The position numbers and the translations under genes were made by a program. From an uncultured delta proteobacterium (GTDB lineage Bacteria > Desulfobacterota > Desulfuromonadia > Geobacterales > DSM-12255), in the NCBI GenBank assembly GCA_963787125.1, contig CAWBBV010000001.1, positions 192,001 to 256,000 on the forward strand: a stretch of 64,000 nucleotides of DNA. Direction: 5' to 3'. This document shows positions 1 to 10,915 of this stretch, in pieces; the stretch's first letter is position 1; every line of letters starts with the position of its first letter. The notes beneath the pieces are model-generated. The model searched no databases. It had not been told where the DNA came from and worked only from the letters and a program-made list of their open reading frames with translations.

Positions 1-50
1 CTTTTGCAGGGACACAGCCGGTGTCTTGATTGTATCAGGGGAAAACAGAA

Positions 51-245
51 TCAGCTGTTATGGCCCTGTACTACTGCACAACCGGCTTTTAGCTCTTCCA
101 CTAAACGATTGAATTCCGGGAAAGAAAGCAGTGACAGCAGTTCCTGTGGCGGCGTACCACTGAGATTCTCGCGATACATGTCAGCGGGTAAAACCGTTTC
201 CAGCCGCATGAGTTTAAGAAAACGTTGCTTTTTTGATCTGCTCAT
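51..245 (-). CDS. small hypothetical protein (64 aa)
   Basis: GAGGAG RBS upstream of ATG at 245 within the 51..356 ORF; no recognised domain. Confidence 0.4.
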   Translation of the reverse strand: MSRSKKQRFLKLMRLETVLPADMYRENLSGTPPQELLSLLSFPEFNRLVEELKAGCAVVQGHNS

Positions 246-455
246 GATGATCAACTCCTCTGCAGGGTGCTCCGACAATTTCTGCCATGGGAAAAACCCT
301 GACGATGAGCATGAGTTCACACAAGAATCACGCAACAGTGCATAGAACAGACGCATCTCTTTTCGAGTCCGGAGGGAAGGCTTTGCAGTCGAAATATTCC
401 TGCGCCCAAAGGCACTGAAGCAGAACTGCTGTGCAAACCCACGCAGCGGTTGTTA

Positions 456-577
456 TTCCGATTCTAAATCAAAGATGAAATCAAGGCGGCGAGGATTGAG
501 GCAACGAAGCAGTACATCAGTACGCTGAGGAGCCGAAGACAAGCCAACGAAGATAGCGCTTTGATTTAGGTTTGGAA
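456..577. repeat. MITE/REP-like interspersed element
   Basis: Imperfect terminal inverted repeats TTCCGATTCTAAATCAAAG ... CTTTGATTTAGGTTTGGAA, flanked by TTA on both sides (453-455, 578-580); non-coding. Confidence 0.5.
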
Positions 578-601
578 TTAGTCAATCGGTTTAATTGTTG
601 A

Positions 602-1189
602 TCAGGAAAGTATGACTTTCGGCGGGGGGTCAGGAGGATCGCCGTCACGTGAGGCAAGGCGCTCCGGTTGCAGACAGGTGAATTGAGTGACCGCTTGAAG
701 CGGTATTCCGGGTAAAAACCGGCAAGGGATATGCTGGGCTCTTTCTCCACCGGAAAAAGTCAGATCCTTGCCACTGCCGCAGGGACAGGTGCTGATACTG
801 ACTGCGTGAGTGTCTTTTCCGGATGATTTTTCCTCTTGAGCCGAGAGCGAAGCTTCATTTTCATGGTCAGCATGTTGCGACGGCTTGCTGCAGCAGCCTC
901 TGGCAGCTTTAGCTACAGGAAGCGCCGTTGCGGTTGGGCAGGATTTGAGATCTTCGTCATGGTGCAGAGCTTTATCTGCTGCCAGCCTCTTCTGCCAGCA
1001 GCAGCAACTGTGGGAAGCACTTCTTTCCGCAGAGCAACCACAAAGCCGGCAGTCACCGGAACATTCTTTCGCCAGTACCTGCAAAAACGGTTTTGACCGG
1101 GAACTGATTGAAGCAAGCGGAGAGAGGGTGATCAGCAGATAGACTGCTGTCATTATGAAAGAGATACTGCGTAGGTGAAATCTCTTCAT
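602..1189 (-). CDS. exported Cys/His-rich hypothetical protein
   Basis: N-terminal hydrophobic signal; CSGDCRLCGC, SCCCW, GCC and CPCGSG clusters; C-terminal DPPDPPPK. Confidence 0.7.
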   Translation of the reverse strand: MKRFHLRSISFIMTAVYLLITLSPLASISSRSKPFLQVLAKECSGDCRLCGCSAERSASHSCCCWQKRLAADKALHHDEDLKSCPTATALPVAKAARGCCSKPSQHADHENEASLSAQEEKSSGKDTHAVSISTCPCGSGKDLTFSGGERAQHIPCRFLPGIPLQAVTQFTCLQPERLASRDGDPPDPPPKVILS

Positions 1190-1273
1190 GAAGACCCTGA
1201 TAGGATACAAAGGTAAATAGTACTTATTTCCAATTAAAATAGCAGCTCCCATAACCGGAAGTCAATTGTTGAT

Positions 1274-2680
1274 TTAATTTCTAAGGAATCCAAATGCCTC
1301 TGCCGCCCCCCGGTGGGCGGCGGCAACACAGTCGTTCAGTCCGATTCCTGTATAGGAATTGCCGGTAAGAACCAGTCCCCGATGCTGTGCAAGCAGGCCG
1401 GCAAGAGCCTCAAGCCTTTTCCCGTGACCGACGGTATACTGAGGAATCGCTTTTTCGTGTCTGAAAATACGGATGAAAGAAGGGGGGGCAGAAATCCCCA
1501 TGGTGCGCTCAAGATCGTCTCTGACCCGCTTTTCGACCTCGGCATCGGAGAGCTTGATATACTGGGGGAAGCAGGCGCCTCCCATCATACTACGAAGAAG
1601 CACTTTCCCTTCAGGAGCCCGTCCCGCAAAGATGCTTGAATCCCAGAGTGTACCTAGGGTCGAGAGCTTTTCCTGTTTCGGGATCAGATAGCCGAAACCG
1701 TTCAGATCGGCCTGAATCTTCTCCTTTTCGTAACCAAAGCAGGCGATTGTCATGCTTGAGTATGGTATCTGTTGCAGCACCCCGCTGATAGCGGCATCGG
1801 TCTCTTCCAGAAACGCTGCTGAAGCGTAAGCCGGCGTTGCCAGGATGACCGCATCAGCCTGCAGCTCGCCTCGTGCCGTAATAACCCGCCACGGGACCGA
1901 GTTACCTTTGACAACCTTCACCACCTCTTCACCTGAACGAATAACGGTCATGCCGAGTTCGGCTGTCAGGATGTCGGTAAGATCCTGAATTCCGCCGCGA
2001 AATGAGGTCAGGACACCGGCTGGCCCGGCGGCGCTGCCAACAGCCTTGCCGGCCGCGACTTCAGCCTTTTTTTTCTTCGCCAGACGGATCATCGCCTTGA
2101 TTAGACCGCCATACTCCGCTTCCAGTTCTGCAATCCGCGGGAAGCATGATTTGAGTGACATGGTTTCGGGATCGCCGGCAAATATCCCGGAGACCATCGG
2201 TGCGATCAGCTTGTTGAGAGCCTCTTCCCCGAGTCTGCGTCTGCCGAAGGCTGCCAGGGTTTCGTCTGCATCGCCTTGAAACTGGGGGATAAACGGTTCC
2301 ATTGCCAGGCGAATCTTCCCCGGCCAGGAGATAAGGGAGCTTTTCAGGAATGATGGGCCGTTTTCCGGCAGCCGGTTGAGGATTCCGCCAGAGAAGATAA
2401 AGCGCTTGCGGGCATTGTCGTTACTACGCAGCAGGCGGGAATCTGCCTTCAGGTCGCGGCAGAGATCAAGCGTCTGGGGTTTACTGTCGAGAAAGCCGTT
2501 TGGTCCCCATTCGCAAAGATAGCCGTCATCCTTGATGCTCCAGATCTTCCCACCAAGTCTTGCTTCTTTCTCCAGAAGAGTGATGTTCAGCTCAAGCCCA
2601 TCCGTACGGGCTTTTTCACGCAGTATCCAGGCTGTCGCCAGTCCGGAAATTCCACCACCAACAATAATTACCTGTTTCAT
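1274..2680 (-). CDS. hemG: protoporphyrinogen/coproporphyrinogen oxidase (HemY family)
   Basis: IVGGGISGL FAD motif, EWGPNGF, AIPQYTVGH, GNSYTGIGLNDC. Confidence 0.93.
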   Translation of the reverse strand: MKQVIIVGGGISGLATAWILREKARTDGLELNITLLEKEARLGGKIWSIKDDGYLCEWGPNGFLDSKPQTLDLCRDLKADSRLLRSNDNARKRFIFSGGILNRLPENGPSFLKSSLISWPGKIRLAMEPFIPQFQGDADETLAAFGRRRLGEEALNKLIAPMVSGIFAGDPETMSLKSCFPRIAELEAEYGGLIKAMIRLAKKKKAEVAAGKAVGSAAGPAGVLTSFRGGIQDLTDILTAELGMTVIRSGEEVVKVVKGNSVPWRVITARGELQADAVILATPAYASAAFLEETDAAISGVLQQIPYSSMTIACFGYEKEKIQADLNGFGYLIPKQEKLSTLGTLWDSSIFAGRAPEGKVLLRSMMGGACFPQYIKLSDAEVEKRVRDDLERTMGISAPPSFIRIFRHEKAIPQYTVGHGKRLEALAGLLAQHRGLVLTGNSYTGIGLNDCVAAAHRGAAEAFGFLRN

Positions 2681-2789
2681 GTAGGTCAGACCTCAATTTA
2701 AATATTTTAAAGAATAGTAAAGCTGCTCCGCCTTTGTGTCAAGGTATAGCAGTCTTCACATGTGCAGGTAGATTGAGGGATTTAAATAT

Positions 2790-2826
2790 AAAAGAGGGGA
2801 CAGCCTGTTGGCTGCCCCCTCTTTCT
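2790..2826 (-). terminator. intrinsic terminator of groESL
   Basis: AAAGAGGGGGCAGCC-loop-GGCTGTCCCCTCTTTT on the minus strand, downstream of groEL. Confidence 0.8.
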
Positions 2827-2871
2827 TACTACGTTTGCATGTCCTGAACGGTGAAAAGGTTGAAAAACCTT

Positions 2872-4566
<1,695 letters not shown>

Positions 4567-4572
4567 CTAAAC

Positions 4573-4860
4573 TTATTCCATGATGCCGAGGATGTCATCT
4601 TCTCTCATAATGAGATATTCCTGACCATCAACTTTGATCTCGGTGCCGGCATATTTGCCGAAAAGAACCTTGTCACCCTTCTTGACGTCAACTGGGATGA
4701 TTTTGCCATCTTCGGTTTTCTTGCCGTTGCCAACAGCAACTACTTCGCCCTTCATCGGCTTTTCTTTTGCTGTTTCCGGAATGAAGATTCCGCCTGCAGT
4801 CATTGTCTCTTCTTCGAGCCTCTTAACGATAATACGATCCTGCAATGGTCTGAGATTCAT
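4573..4860 (-). CDS. groES: co-chaperonin GroES
   Basis: [14 protein letters not shown]...[21 protein letters not shown] before ATG 4860. Confidence 0.98.
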   Translation of the reverse strand: MNLRPLQDRIIVKRLEEETMTAGGIFIPETAKEKPMKGEVVAVGNGKKTEDGKIIPVDVKKGDKVLFGKYAGTEIKVDGQEYLIMREDDILGIME

Positions 4861-4910
4861 GCTTTTCTTTCTCCTTTCTTTGTGTGAAATAAGCTGGTTA
4901 CCAATGAAAA

Positions 4911-4937
4911 TTAGCACTCAAGGCTTCTGAGTGCTAA
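4911..4937. promoter_or_regulatory. CIRCE element (HrcA operator)
   Basis: Perfect TTAGCACTC-N9-GAGTGCTAA upstream of groES. Confidence 0.97.
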
Positions 4938-4946
4938 CTGGTATGC

Positions 4947-4975
4947 AATATAAACAGCCTGACCGGAAAAATCAA
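4947..4975 (-). promoter_or_regulatory. groESL promoter
   Basis: TTGATT-17 bp-TATATT immediately upstream of CIRCE. Confidence 0.6.
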
Positions 4976-4993
4976 GGGGCGTCTGGAAAAAAA

Positions 4994-7384
4994 TTATACG
5001 AGCCCTTGTAAAAAGTTAAACGGCGAGGTTTCCGGAAGCTCTCTCCCCCCGGAATAGGCGGCAAGAGCTCTCTCCTGTTCATTCTTATCGAGTCCGGAGA
5101 GGTCAACAATGAAAGAACTGCACCCCATGGCCTGCAGTTTTTCCCGAAACTGGATAATGGAGAATCTTTTTGTCGGGGTAATCTGGGTCAGTCCGTCACG
5201 CACAGTCACCCGATAACCATCCCCCCTGTCAGAGAGCACCGGCGCATCGTTTTTCACACTTTTTATGGCGATTTTCGAAGTTATTGCCGGGATTTCACAA
5301 TGCAGAATCACTCTGCGCAGCATCGGCAGGTCAGCAGCCAGCAGTCTGGAGAGATTTTCAGCATCATCCTCGATATAGAGAGTCGAAGCAACAGCGCCCA
5401 AAGCGCTCCACTCCAGCAGAGCCAGGCTGTTCAGAGAAAACAGACGATAATCGGTAGAAATCTCAACCGGCTTGGCGGCAAGGTGCAGATGTTCGCGGAT
5501 AATTCTGAAATGGGAGATATTTGCCGCCTCGAAACGATTGAAGCCCGACTCGATAAGCCACCTGACGGCGTCGCTGTACCAAGGGATATCCTGGTCAAAA
5601 ATCATAAAGGGGAGGAGCCAGAGAATCTTCTCTTCTTTTCCCCGCAGGCGCCTGCTTATCTGCTGCAATTGATGGAGATTCGCCCGTGAAAGTGGCAGCG
5701 ACACGGCGTCCACCCCTTCGCGGTGGAGCAGATGAAGATCGGCACCTTTTTCCAGCCGTACAATCAGCTCCGGCCGCCTGGAGACAACCGGCTGCCTTTT
5801 CCCCGGCAGCGACTGGAGGGCTTTCCTTTTGCGCTCCAGCCGCTCTTTTTCGAGTTTTGGCACTATCCGGGTCGCCAGCTGATCATAAAAATCCCGCTTG
5901 ATCTCTTTCAAGGTTGCCGGCGGAATCATAACTGCAGGAAACTCCGGCGCTGACAATTCCCCGAGGGAAAAGCGGGTATCTCCGGACTTGGCAAACTGGC
6001 TTCGCAGCACCTCTTCCATATCTCCGGTTCGGGAAAGTTCCAGTCCGGCAAGCGGAAAGGATACCACCTCTTCCAGCCTGCCGACTCTGGCAGCGATGAC
6101 CAGCAGGTCATCTTTAAGGGAGAACTCCAGGTCGCAGGCAAGCTTTCTCCCTTTGACGGCTTCAAGTCGCTTGCTGCAGGCATTTTCGCTCAAAGTGAAG
6201 GCGGTTTCCGAAGACACCTTGAAGATGGCATCGCCGACAGTCGCCTCAAACGGGGAGGTTACGGAGATTCTCGATTTTTCCGGGGCAGCCTTGACCGGGC
6301 GGTTATCGATAAATATCTCCCTGACGGTGAAAGCTTTACCGGCCATGTCACTTTTTGGCTGAATCCTTATCCGGTCACCGATATGGAGCCGATCCCGGCT
6401 CTCAAAATTTATCCTGCCGGCGCGAAGTGATTTTATTTCCCCAAGGAACCTTCCGGTGGCGCCCCTTAAAGAAGGTGTAGCAATATCACTCGGTGCATGG
6501 GAGGCAAGAAACCCTTTTGTCGGCACCCGGCCGTAGGAGGTCTTGATCAACTCCCGTGCTTCGACCAGTGCCGCCGGCAGCGTTGCCGGAACGGCATCAA
6601 TCACCTTACGGTAAGCGCCGACAATAGAAGCAACATATTCCGCCGACTTCATTCTCCCTTCAATTTTCAAGGATTCAACGCCCGCAGCTACCAGCTGCGG
6701 GATCATGTCAATGCTGGAAAAATCGTTGGTGGAGAAATAATACCCCTCTTTCCCTTTATATTTGTACTGTCGCCGGCAGGGCTGGGCGCAACGTCCCCGA
6801 TTGCCACTGTGTCCACCCAGAAAAGAGGAAAAGTAGCACTGGCCGGAAACAGAGAAACAGAGCGCTCCATGGACAAAGCATTCAATGCCGACCGGGCTAC
6901 CTGCAACAATCCGGCTGATCTCGTCAAGATGCAGTTCTCTGGCCAGAACCACCCGCTCAAAACCGAGTTCCGCCAGCTGAAGTACCCCGGCGGTATTGTG
7001 CACCGTCATCTGCGTGGATGCATGGAGCGGAATTGAGGGGAAGAATTCTCGCACCAGCCTGGCGACTGCCATATCCTGAATAATGACCGCGTCTACGCCA
7101 ATAGCTTCGAGCGAGCAGAGAGTATCGACGAGCAGCGGGAGTTCCGGTTCCTTTATGATCGTGTTAAGGGTTACATAGAGTTTTTTCTGGAGAGAGTGGG
7201 CATAGCCGGTCATCTTCTCCATCTGATACAGAGTAAAGTTTTTGGCTTTTGCTCTGGCGGAAAACTCTTTCAGCCCTGCATAAACTGCGTCTGCACCCTT
7301 TTCCATGGCAGCAAAGAACGCTTCAAGTGAACCGGCAGGCGCAAGCAGTTCCGGTCTGGCTGGTGCTTTGATTTGATTTTTCAT
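4994..7384 (-). CDS. peptidase U32-family protein (RlhA-like RNA hydroxylase)
   Basis: PELLAPAGS, HASTQ, FVHGALC..SGQC, NRGRCAQPCR, LKIEGRMK; long C-terminal extension. Confidence 0.88.
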   Translation of the reverse strand: MKNQIKAPARPELLAPAGSLEAFFAAMEKGADAVYAGLKEFSARAKAKNFTLYQMEKMTGYAHSLQKKLYVTLNTIIKEPELPLLVDTLCSLEAIGVDAVIIQDMAVARLVREFFPSIPLHASTQMTVHNTAGVLQLAELGFERVVLARELHLDEISRIVAGSPVGIECFVHGALCFSVSGQCYFSSFLGGHSGNRGRCAQPCRRQYKYKGKEGYYFSTNDFSSIDMIPQLVAAGVESLKIEGRMKSAEYVASIVGAYRKVIDAVPATLPAALVEARELIKTSYGRVPTKGFLASHAPSDIATPSLRGATGRFLGEIKSLRAGRINFESRDRLHIGDRIRIQPKSDMAGKAFTVREIFIDNRPVKAAPEKSRISVTSPFEATVGDAIFKVSSETAFTLSENACSKRLEAVKGRKLACDLEFSLKDDLLVIAARVGRLEEVVSFPLAGLELSRTGDMEEVLRSQFAKSGDTRFSLGELSAPEFPAVMIPPATLKEIKRDFYDQLATRIVPKLEKERLERKRKALQSLPGKRQPVVSRRPELIVRLEKGADLHLLHREGVDAVSLPLSRANLHQLQQISRRLRGKEEKILWLLPFMIFDQDIPWYSDAVRWLIESGFNRFEAANISHFRIIREHLHLAAKPVEISTDYRLFSLNSLALLEWSALGAVASTLYIEDDAENLSRLLAADLPMLRRVILHCEIPAITSKIAIKSVKNDAPVLSDRGDGYRVTVRDGLTQITPTKRFSIIQFREKLQAMGCSSFIVDLSGLDKNEQERALAAYSGGRELPETSPFNFLQGLV

Positions 7385-7511
7385 GTCTAACAGGGTAACG
7401 GAAAGTCATCCGCTGCGTCAAGCGGCTTGAACCTTTTTACAAACTCACACTTGTTGAACTGCGGCTTTACTGTTAGACTCTCTTGACATCTATCCGGAAA
7501 GGTTGCTGATT

Positions 7512-8954
7512 ATGGAAAATCCGTTGAAAATTCTGATCGTCGAGGACTCAGAAGACGATCTCTTTCTCCTTCTCCATGAGCTGCGAAAAGGGGGCTACTC
7601 TCCGGAGTACCTCTCTGTTTGCACCCCGGAAGGTATGAAGCGGGCGCTGGCCGAGCGTGAATGGGAAATTGTGACCTCAGATTACAATATGCCCGGATTC
7701 AATGCGCTGTCGGCACTTGAGCTGCTGAAACAAAGCGGGCTCGACCTCCCCTTCATCGTCGTCTCCGGTAAAATTGGTGAAGACCAGGCCGTTGCCGCTA
7801 TGAAGGCGGGAGCGCACGATTACGTTATGAAGCAGAATCTTTCCAGACTTGTACCGGCAATAACGCGAGAGATCCGTGAGTCCGGGGAAAGAAGGATGCG
7901 GCGGGAAGCGGAAGTGGCTCTGAATAGGCAGTTCGCCCAGTTCAGAACAATATTCGACGCAATGACGGCTATTGTTTATGTTGCGGACATGGATACCTAC
8001 GAGCTGCTTTATATGAATCGCTATGCGGCTGATGTTTTCGGGAGTGACTGGGAGGGGAAGGTCTGTTTCCAGATATTCCAGAGCGAACAGAGCAAAGCAT
8101 GCGAATTTTGTACAAATCATCTGCTTGTCAAGAACGGCGTACCCCAACCGTCACTAACCACTGAGCAGCTTAATACCCGTAATGGCAGATGGTATCAGTG
8201 GACCGATCGGGCAATTGAATGGACCGACGGCAGACTGGTAAGACTCCAGATAGCTGTAGACATCACCGAAATAAAGGAAATGGAGCGAATAAAAGACGAA
8301 ATGATCTCGGCCGTTAGTCATGAGATGAGAACTCCTCTTACGGCCATGCTCGGTTTCACCGAGTTTCTGCTCGACAATGAGGTCGAGAGGGATAGCAGGC
8401 GAGAGATACTGGAAACAATCCATAAAGAGACTGAGCGTTTGAACGACCTGATCGGCAGTTTTCTGGATATGCAAAGGCTTAAAGATGACAATGCCGGTTT
8501 TGCACAAGATGCGCTTTCTGTTGAAGTTATTCTGAATGAGGGGGCACGGCTCTTTGCCATCAACAAGGAGAATCACCGGATTGTCACTAACTGTCCGGAA
8601 GGACTTATGGTAAAGGGGGACAGTGAAAAACTCCACCAGGTCATGATAAACCTGCTTTCAAACGCCTGCAAATACTCCCCGCCTGGCTCTCAGATTACAC
8701 TTGGAGCAGTAGCTTCGGCTGGAGAAGTAATTGTATCGGTTCAGGATCAGGGGATCGGAATTCCTCAGGAGATGCGCCAAAAAGTATTTGAACGGTTTTA
8801 CAGAGTTGACAACTCTGACCGCAGGATGGTCGGCGGAACCGGTCTTGGACTTGCCCTGGTAAAGGATATTGTCACAGCACACGGAGGGCGGGTCTGGATA
8901 GAACCGAATTACCCCTCCGGTAGCCGTGTCCTCTTCTCTCTTCCCGCAGCATAA
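7512..8954 (+). CDS. hybrid receiver-PAS-histidine kinase
   Basis: N-terminal receiver (ILIVED...SDYNMPG), HisKA VSHEMRTPL, HATPase NLLSNA, DQGIG, GTGLGL. Confidence 0.92.
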   Translation: MENPLKILIVEDSEDDLFLLLHELRKGGYSPEYLSVCTPEGMKRALAEREWEIVTSDYNMPGFNALSALELLKQSGLDLPFIVVSGKIGEDQAVAAMKAGAHDYVMKQNLSRLVPAITREIRESGERRMRREAEVALNRQFAQFRTIFDAMTAIVYVADMDTYELLYMNRYAADVFGSDWEGKVCFQIFQSEQSKACEFCTNHLLVKNGVPQPSLTTEQLNTRNGRWYQWTDRAIEWTDGRLVRLQIAVDITEIKEMERIKDEMISAVSHEMRTPLTAMLGFTEFLLDNEVERDSRREILETIHKETERLNDLIGSFLDMQRLKDDNAGFAQDALSVEVILNEGARLFAINKENHRIVTNCPEGLMVKGDSEKLHQVMINLLSNACKYSPPGSQITLGAVASAGEVIVSVQDQGIGIPQEMRQKVFERFYRVDNSDRRMVGGTGLGLALVKDIVTAHGGRVWIEPNYPSGSRVLFSLPAA

Positions 8955-8975
8955 ACAGTATTGCCGGCACGACTA

Positions 8976-9455
8976 CTAATTGACAGTTTTAACTCGATGC
9001 TTCCCTGATTTTTTAGATTTTTTCACCTCAGCGAGAGAAAGCAGCTCTGTTCTTGCTATTCGCCACTCACCAAATTCATTGACTAGCTTGAATGATTTTG
9101 TCTTGTACTCCATCTCCCCCGGCGCATCCAATCCTATTTTAGCTCTGATAACAACAGCTGTGGGCGACTTGACGTTCGCAACGACATCCTGCATCTTCTC
9201 CCAACAGCAGGAAGGCTTGAGCTGAGCCGTTGCCATCCTCTTGCTGAAAGTCTCCCTGGTCTCTTTACCGTTGGCAAGAGTACGGTTGTACAACTCCCCG
9301 TAATTACCGGCGCGCCACAGGTCAAGAATCTGCTCAAAACCTTTGACAGCTCCGGCTTTCAATGCTTCAGAATCGGCAATTTCACGTTTAGCAGCAGCAG
9401 GCATGACAAAGAGCAGTGACATAAATGCAACCGATAGCAGGACAAGACGTTTCAT
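8976..9455 (-). CDS. exported hypothetical protein
   Basis: GGAGGG RBS; signal peptide MKRLVLLSVAFMSLLFVMPAAA; PSCCWEK motif. Confidence 0.75.
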   Translation of the reverse strand: MKRLVLLSVAFMSLLFVMPAAAKREIADSEALKAGAVKGFEQILDLWRAGNYGELYNRTLANGKETRETFSKRMATAQLKPSCCWEKMQDVVANVKSPTAVVIRAKIGLDAPGEMEYKTKSFKLVNEFGEWRIARTELLSLAEVKKSKKSGKHRVKTVN

Positions 9456-9502
9456 AATACCCTCCATGAATTCAGATAGATGCAATTAGAAACAGGGCGA
9501 TA

Positions 9503-10522
9503 CTATATACTCCGCTCGACAGCTTCGGCAACTTTTCTCATCTTCTCCATCAAAATTGCGAATTTCTCCGGCTTGAGAGACTGGGGACCGTCACTTGATG
9601 CATGTTCCGGGTCGGGGTGAACCTCTATTATCAGTCCATCAGCTCCGGCAGCGATTGCCGCCAGCGACATGGGAGCAACATATTGATGATGCCCTGTTCC
9701 GTGGGAGGGATCAATCACGATCGGCAGATGGGTCTTGCTCCTGAGTGCCGGGATAGCGGACAAATCGAGCGTGTTTCGGGTTGCTGTTTCAAAAGTCCGG
9801 ATGCCCCGCTCGCAAAGGATAACCGACTGGTTCCCTTCCGCAAGAATGTACTCGGCACTCATCAATAGCTCCTGAATGGTCATGGCCATCCCTCTTTTGA
9901 GCAGTACCGGCTTTTTCAGTTGGCCGACTTTTTTCAGCAGCGCAAAATTCTGGGAGTTGCGGGCGCCGATCTGGAGAATATCCGCATACTCTGCAACCAG
10001 ATCTGCGGTCTCGGGGTTAATGACTTCGGTCACAAACGGCAATCCCGTTATTTGCCGGGCCTTGGCAAGGAGTTTCAGCCCCTCCTCTTCAAGCCCTTGA
10101 AAAGAGTAAGGCGATGTTCGCGGTTTAAAAGCGCCGCCGCGGAGAATATCACCGCCCGCCATCTTAACAGCTTCGGCAGAGTCAATGATCTGCTTCTCGC
10201 TCTCAACCGAGCACGGCCCGGCCATAACAATAATCTTTGGCCCGCCAATGCTGACGTTGTCACTGATCCTGATAATGCTCGCATCCTTCATGACCTCTTT
10301 TGAGGCTAGTTTGTAGGGCTGAAGAATCGGTACGACGCTCTCTACTCCGTGCATCGACTCGATTGACTGCAAAATCAGCTTGCCCCGTTCGTCGCCGATG
10401 GCACCGATTACATCACGGGTAGTGCCATGAATTACATGGGGAGTGTAGCCAAGTTCGCGAATCCGCGTGAGAACTTCATCCTTCTCCTTTTTTTCAGCAC
10501 CGGCCTTCATTACGATAATCAT
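9503..10522 (-). CDS. aroF: 3-deoxy-7-phosphoheptulonate (DAHP) synthase, type I-beta
   Basis: [43 protein letters not shown]-terminal regulatory domain; AGGAG RBS. Confidence 0.95.
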   Translation of the reverse strand: MIIVMKAGAEKKEKDEVLTRIRELGYTPHVIHGTTRDVIGAIGDERGKLILQSIESMHGVESVVPILQPYKLASKEVMKDASIIRISDNVSIGGPKIIVMAGPCSVESEKQIIDSAEAVKMAGGDILRGGAFKPRTSPYSFQGLEEEGLKLLAKARQITGLPFVTEVINPETADLVAEYADILQIGARNSQNFALLKKVGQLKKPVLLKRGMAMTIQELLMSAEYILAEGNQSVILCERGIRTFETATRNTLDLSAIPALRSKTHLPIVIDPSHGTGHHQYVAPMSLAAIAAGADGLIIEVHPDPEHASSDGPQSLKPEKFAILMEKMRKVAEAVERSI

Positions 10523-10540
10523 CCATTTTCTCCTTTGGAA

Positions 10541-10625
10541 AACAAAAAGGCCGAAAGGAATAAATCCCCGGCCTTTAAAAAGATACAAAAAAGCCGGGGG
10601 CGAATTCCTCTCCACCCCCGGCTTT
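10541..10625 (-). terminator. two tandem intrinsic terminators in the aroF leader (attenuator)
   Basis: AAAGCCGGGGG...CCCCCGGCTTTTTT and AAAGGCCG...CGGCCTTTTTGTTTT on the minus strand, between the leader ORF and the aroF RBS. Confidence 0.8.
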
Positions 10626-10651
10626 CAATTTTTTTCTGATCAATATTTCTC

Positions 10652-10744
10652 TCAGTGCAAATGAAGCTGCGGAGCGGAGTCTCTAAAATAAAAGCCGCAC
10701 CAAAAGTAACAATTTGCACTGTATGAAAAATATTGAGTCGTCAT
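10652..10744 (-). CDS. aromatic-amino-acid leader peptide (30 aa)
   Basis: MTTQYFSYSANCYFWCGFYFRDSAPQLHLH: 4 Tyr, 4 Phe and 1 Trp in residues 5-20, directly upstream of terminators and aroF. Confidence 0.82.
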   Translation of the reverse strand: MTTQYFSYSANCYFWCGFYFRDSAPQLHLH

Positions 10745-10819
10745 GGAACATTCTTATGGCAGAACGGGTAAATGGGTGTCAAGAAAAAAATCAACCTTTA
10801 AGACAGTCTGGTTAATCAA

Positions 10820-10890
10820 TTGCTTCGACAAACATAACATGCTATATTAAACAACGCCTTAACCACAGGAACATTCCCTGTGGTTTTTTT
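10820..10890 (+). promoter_or_regulatory. sigma-70 promoter followed by terminator-like hairpin upstream of ABC-F gene
   Basis: TTGCTT-17 bp-TATATT with extended TG; hairpin AACCACAGG...CCTGTGG followed by T7 (10861-10890). Confidence 0.6.
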
Positions 10891-10915
10891 GTGGGCGCAA
10901 AAAAGGACTATAAAA

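Noticed and set aside
250..450. Possible c-di-GMP riboswitch upstream of the 51..245 ORF
   Set aside because: Only a GCAAAGCC fragment matches; the GNRA-capped P2 and receptor stem were not found.
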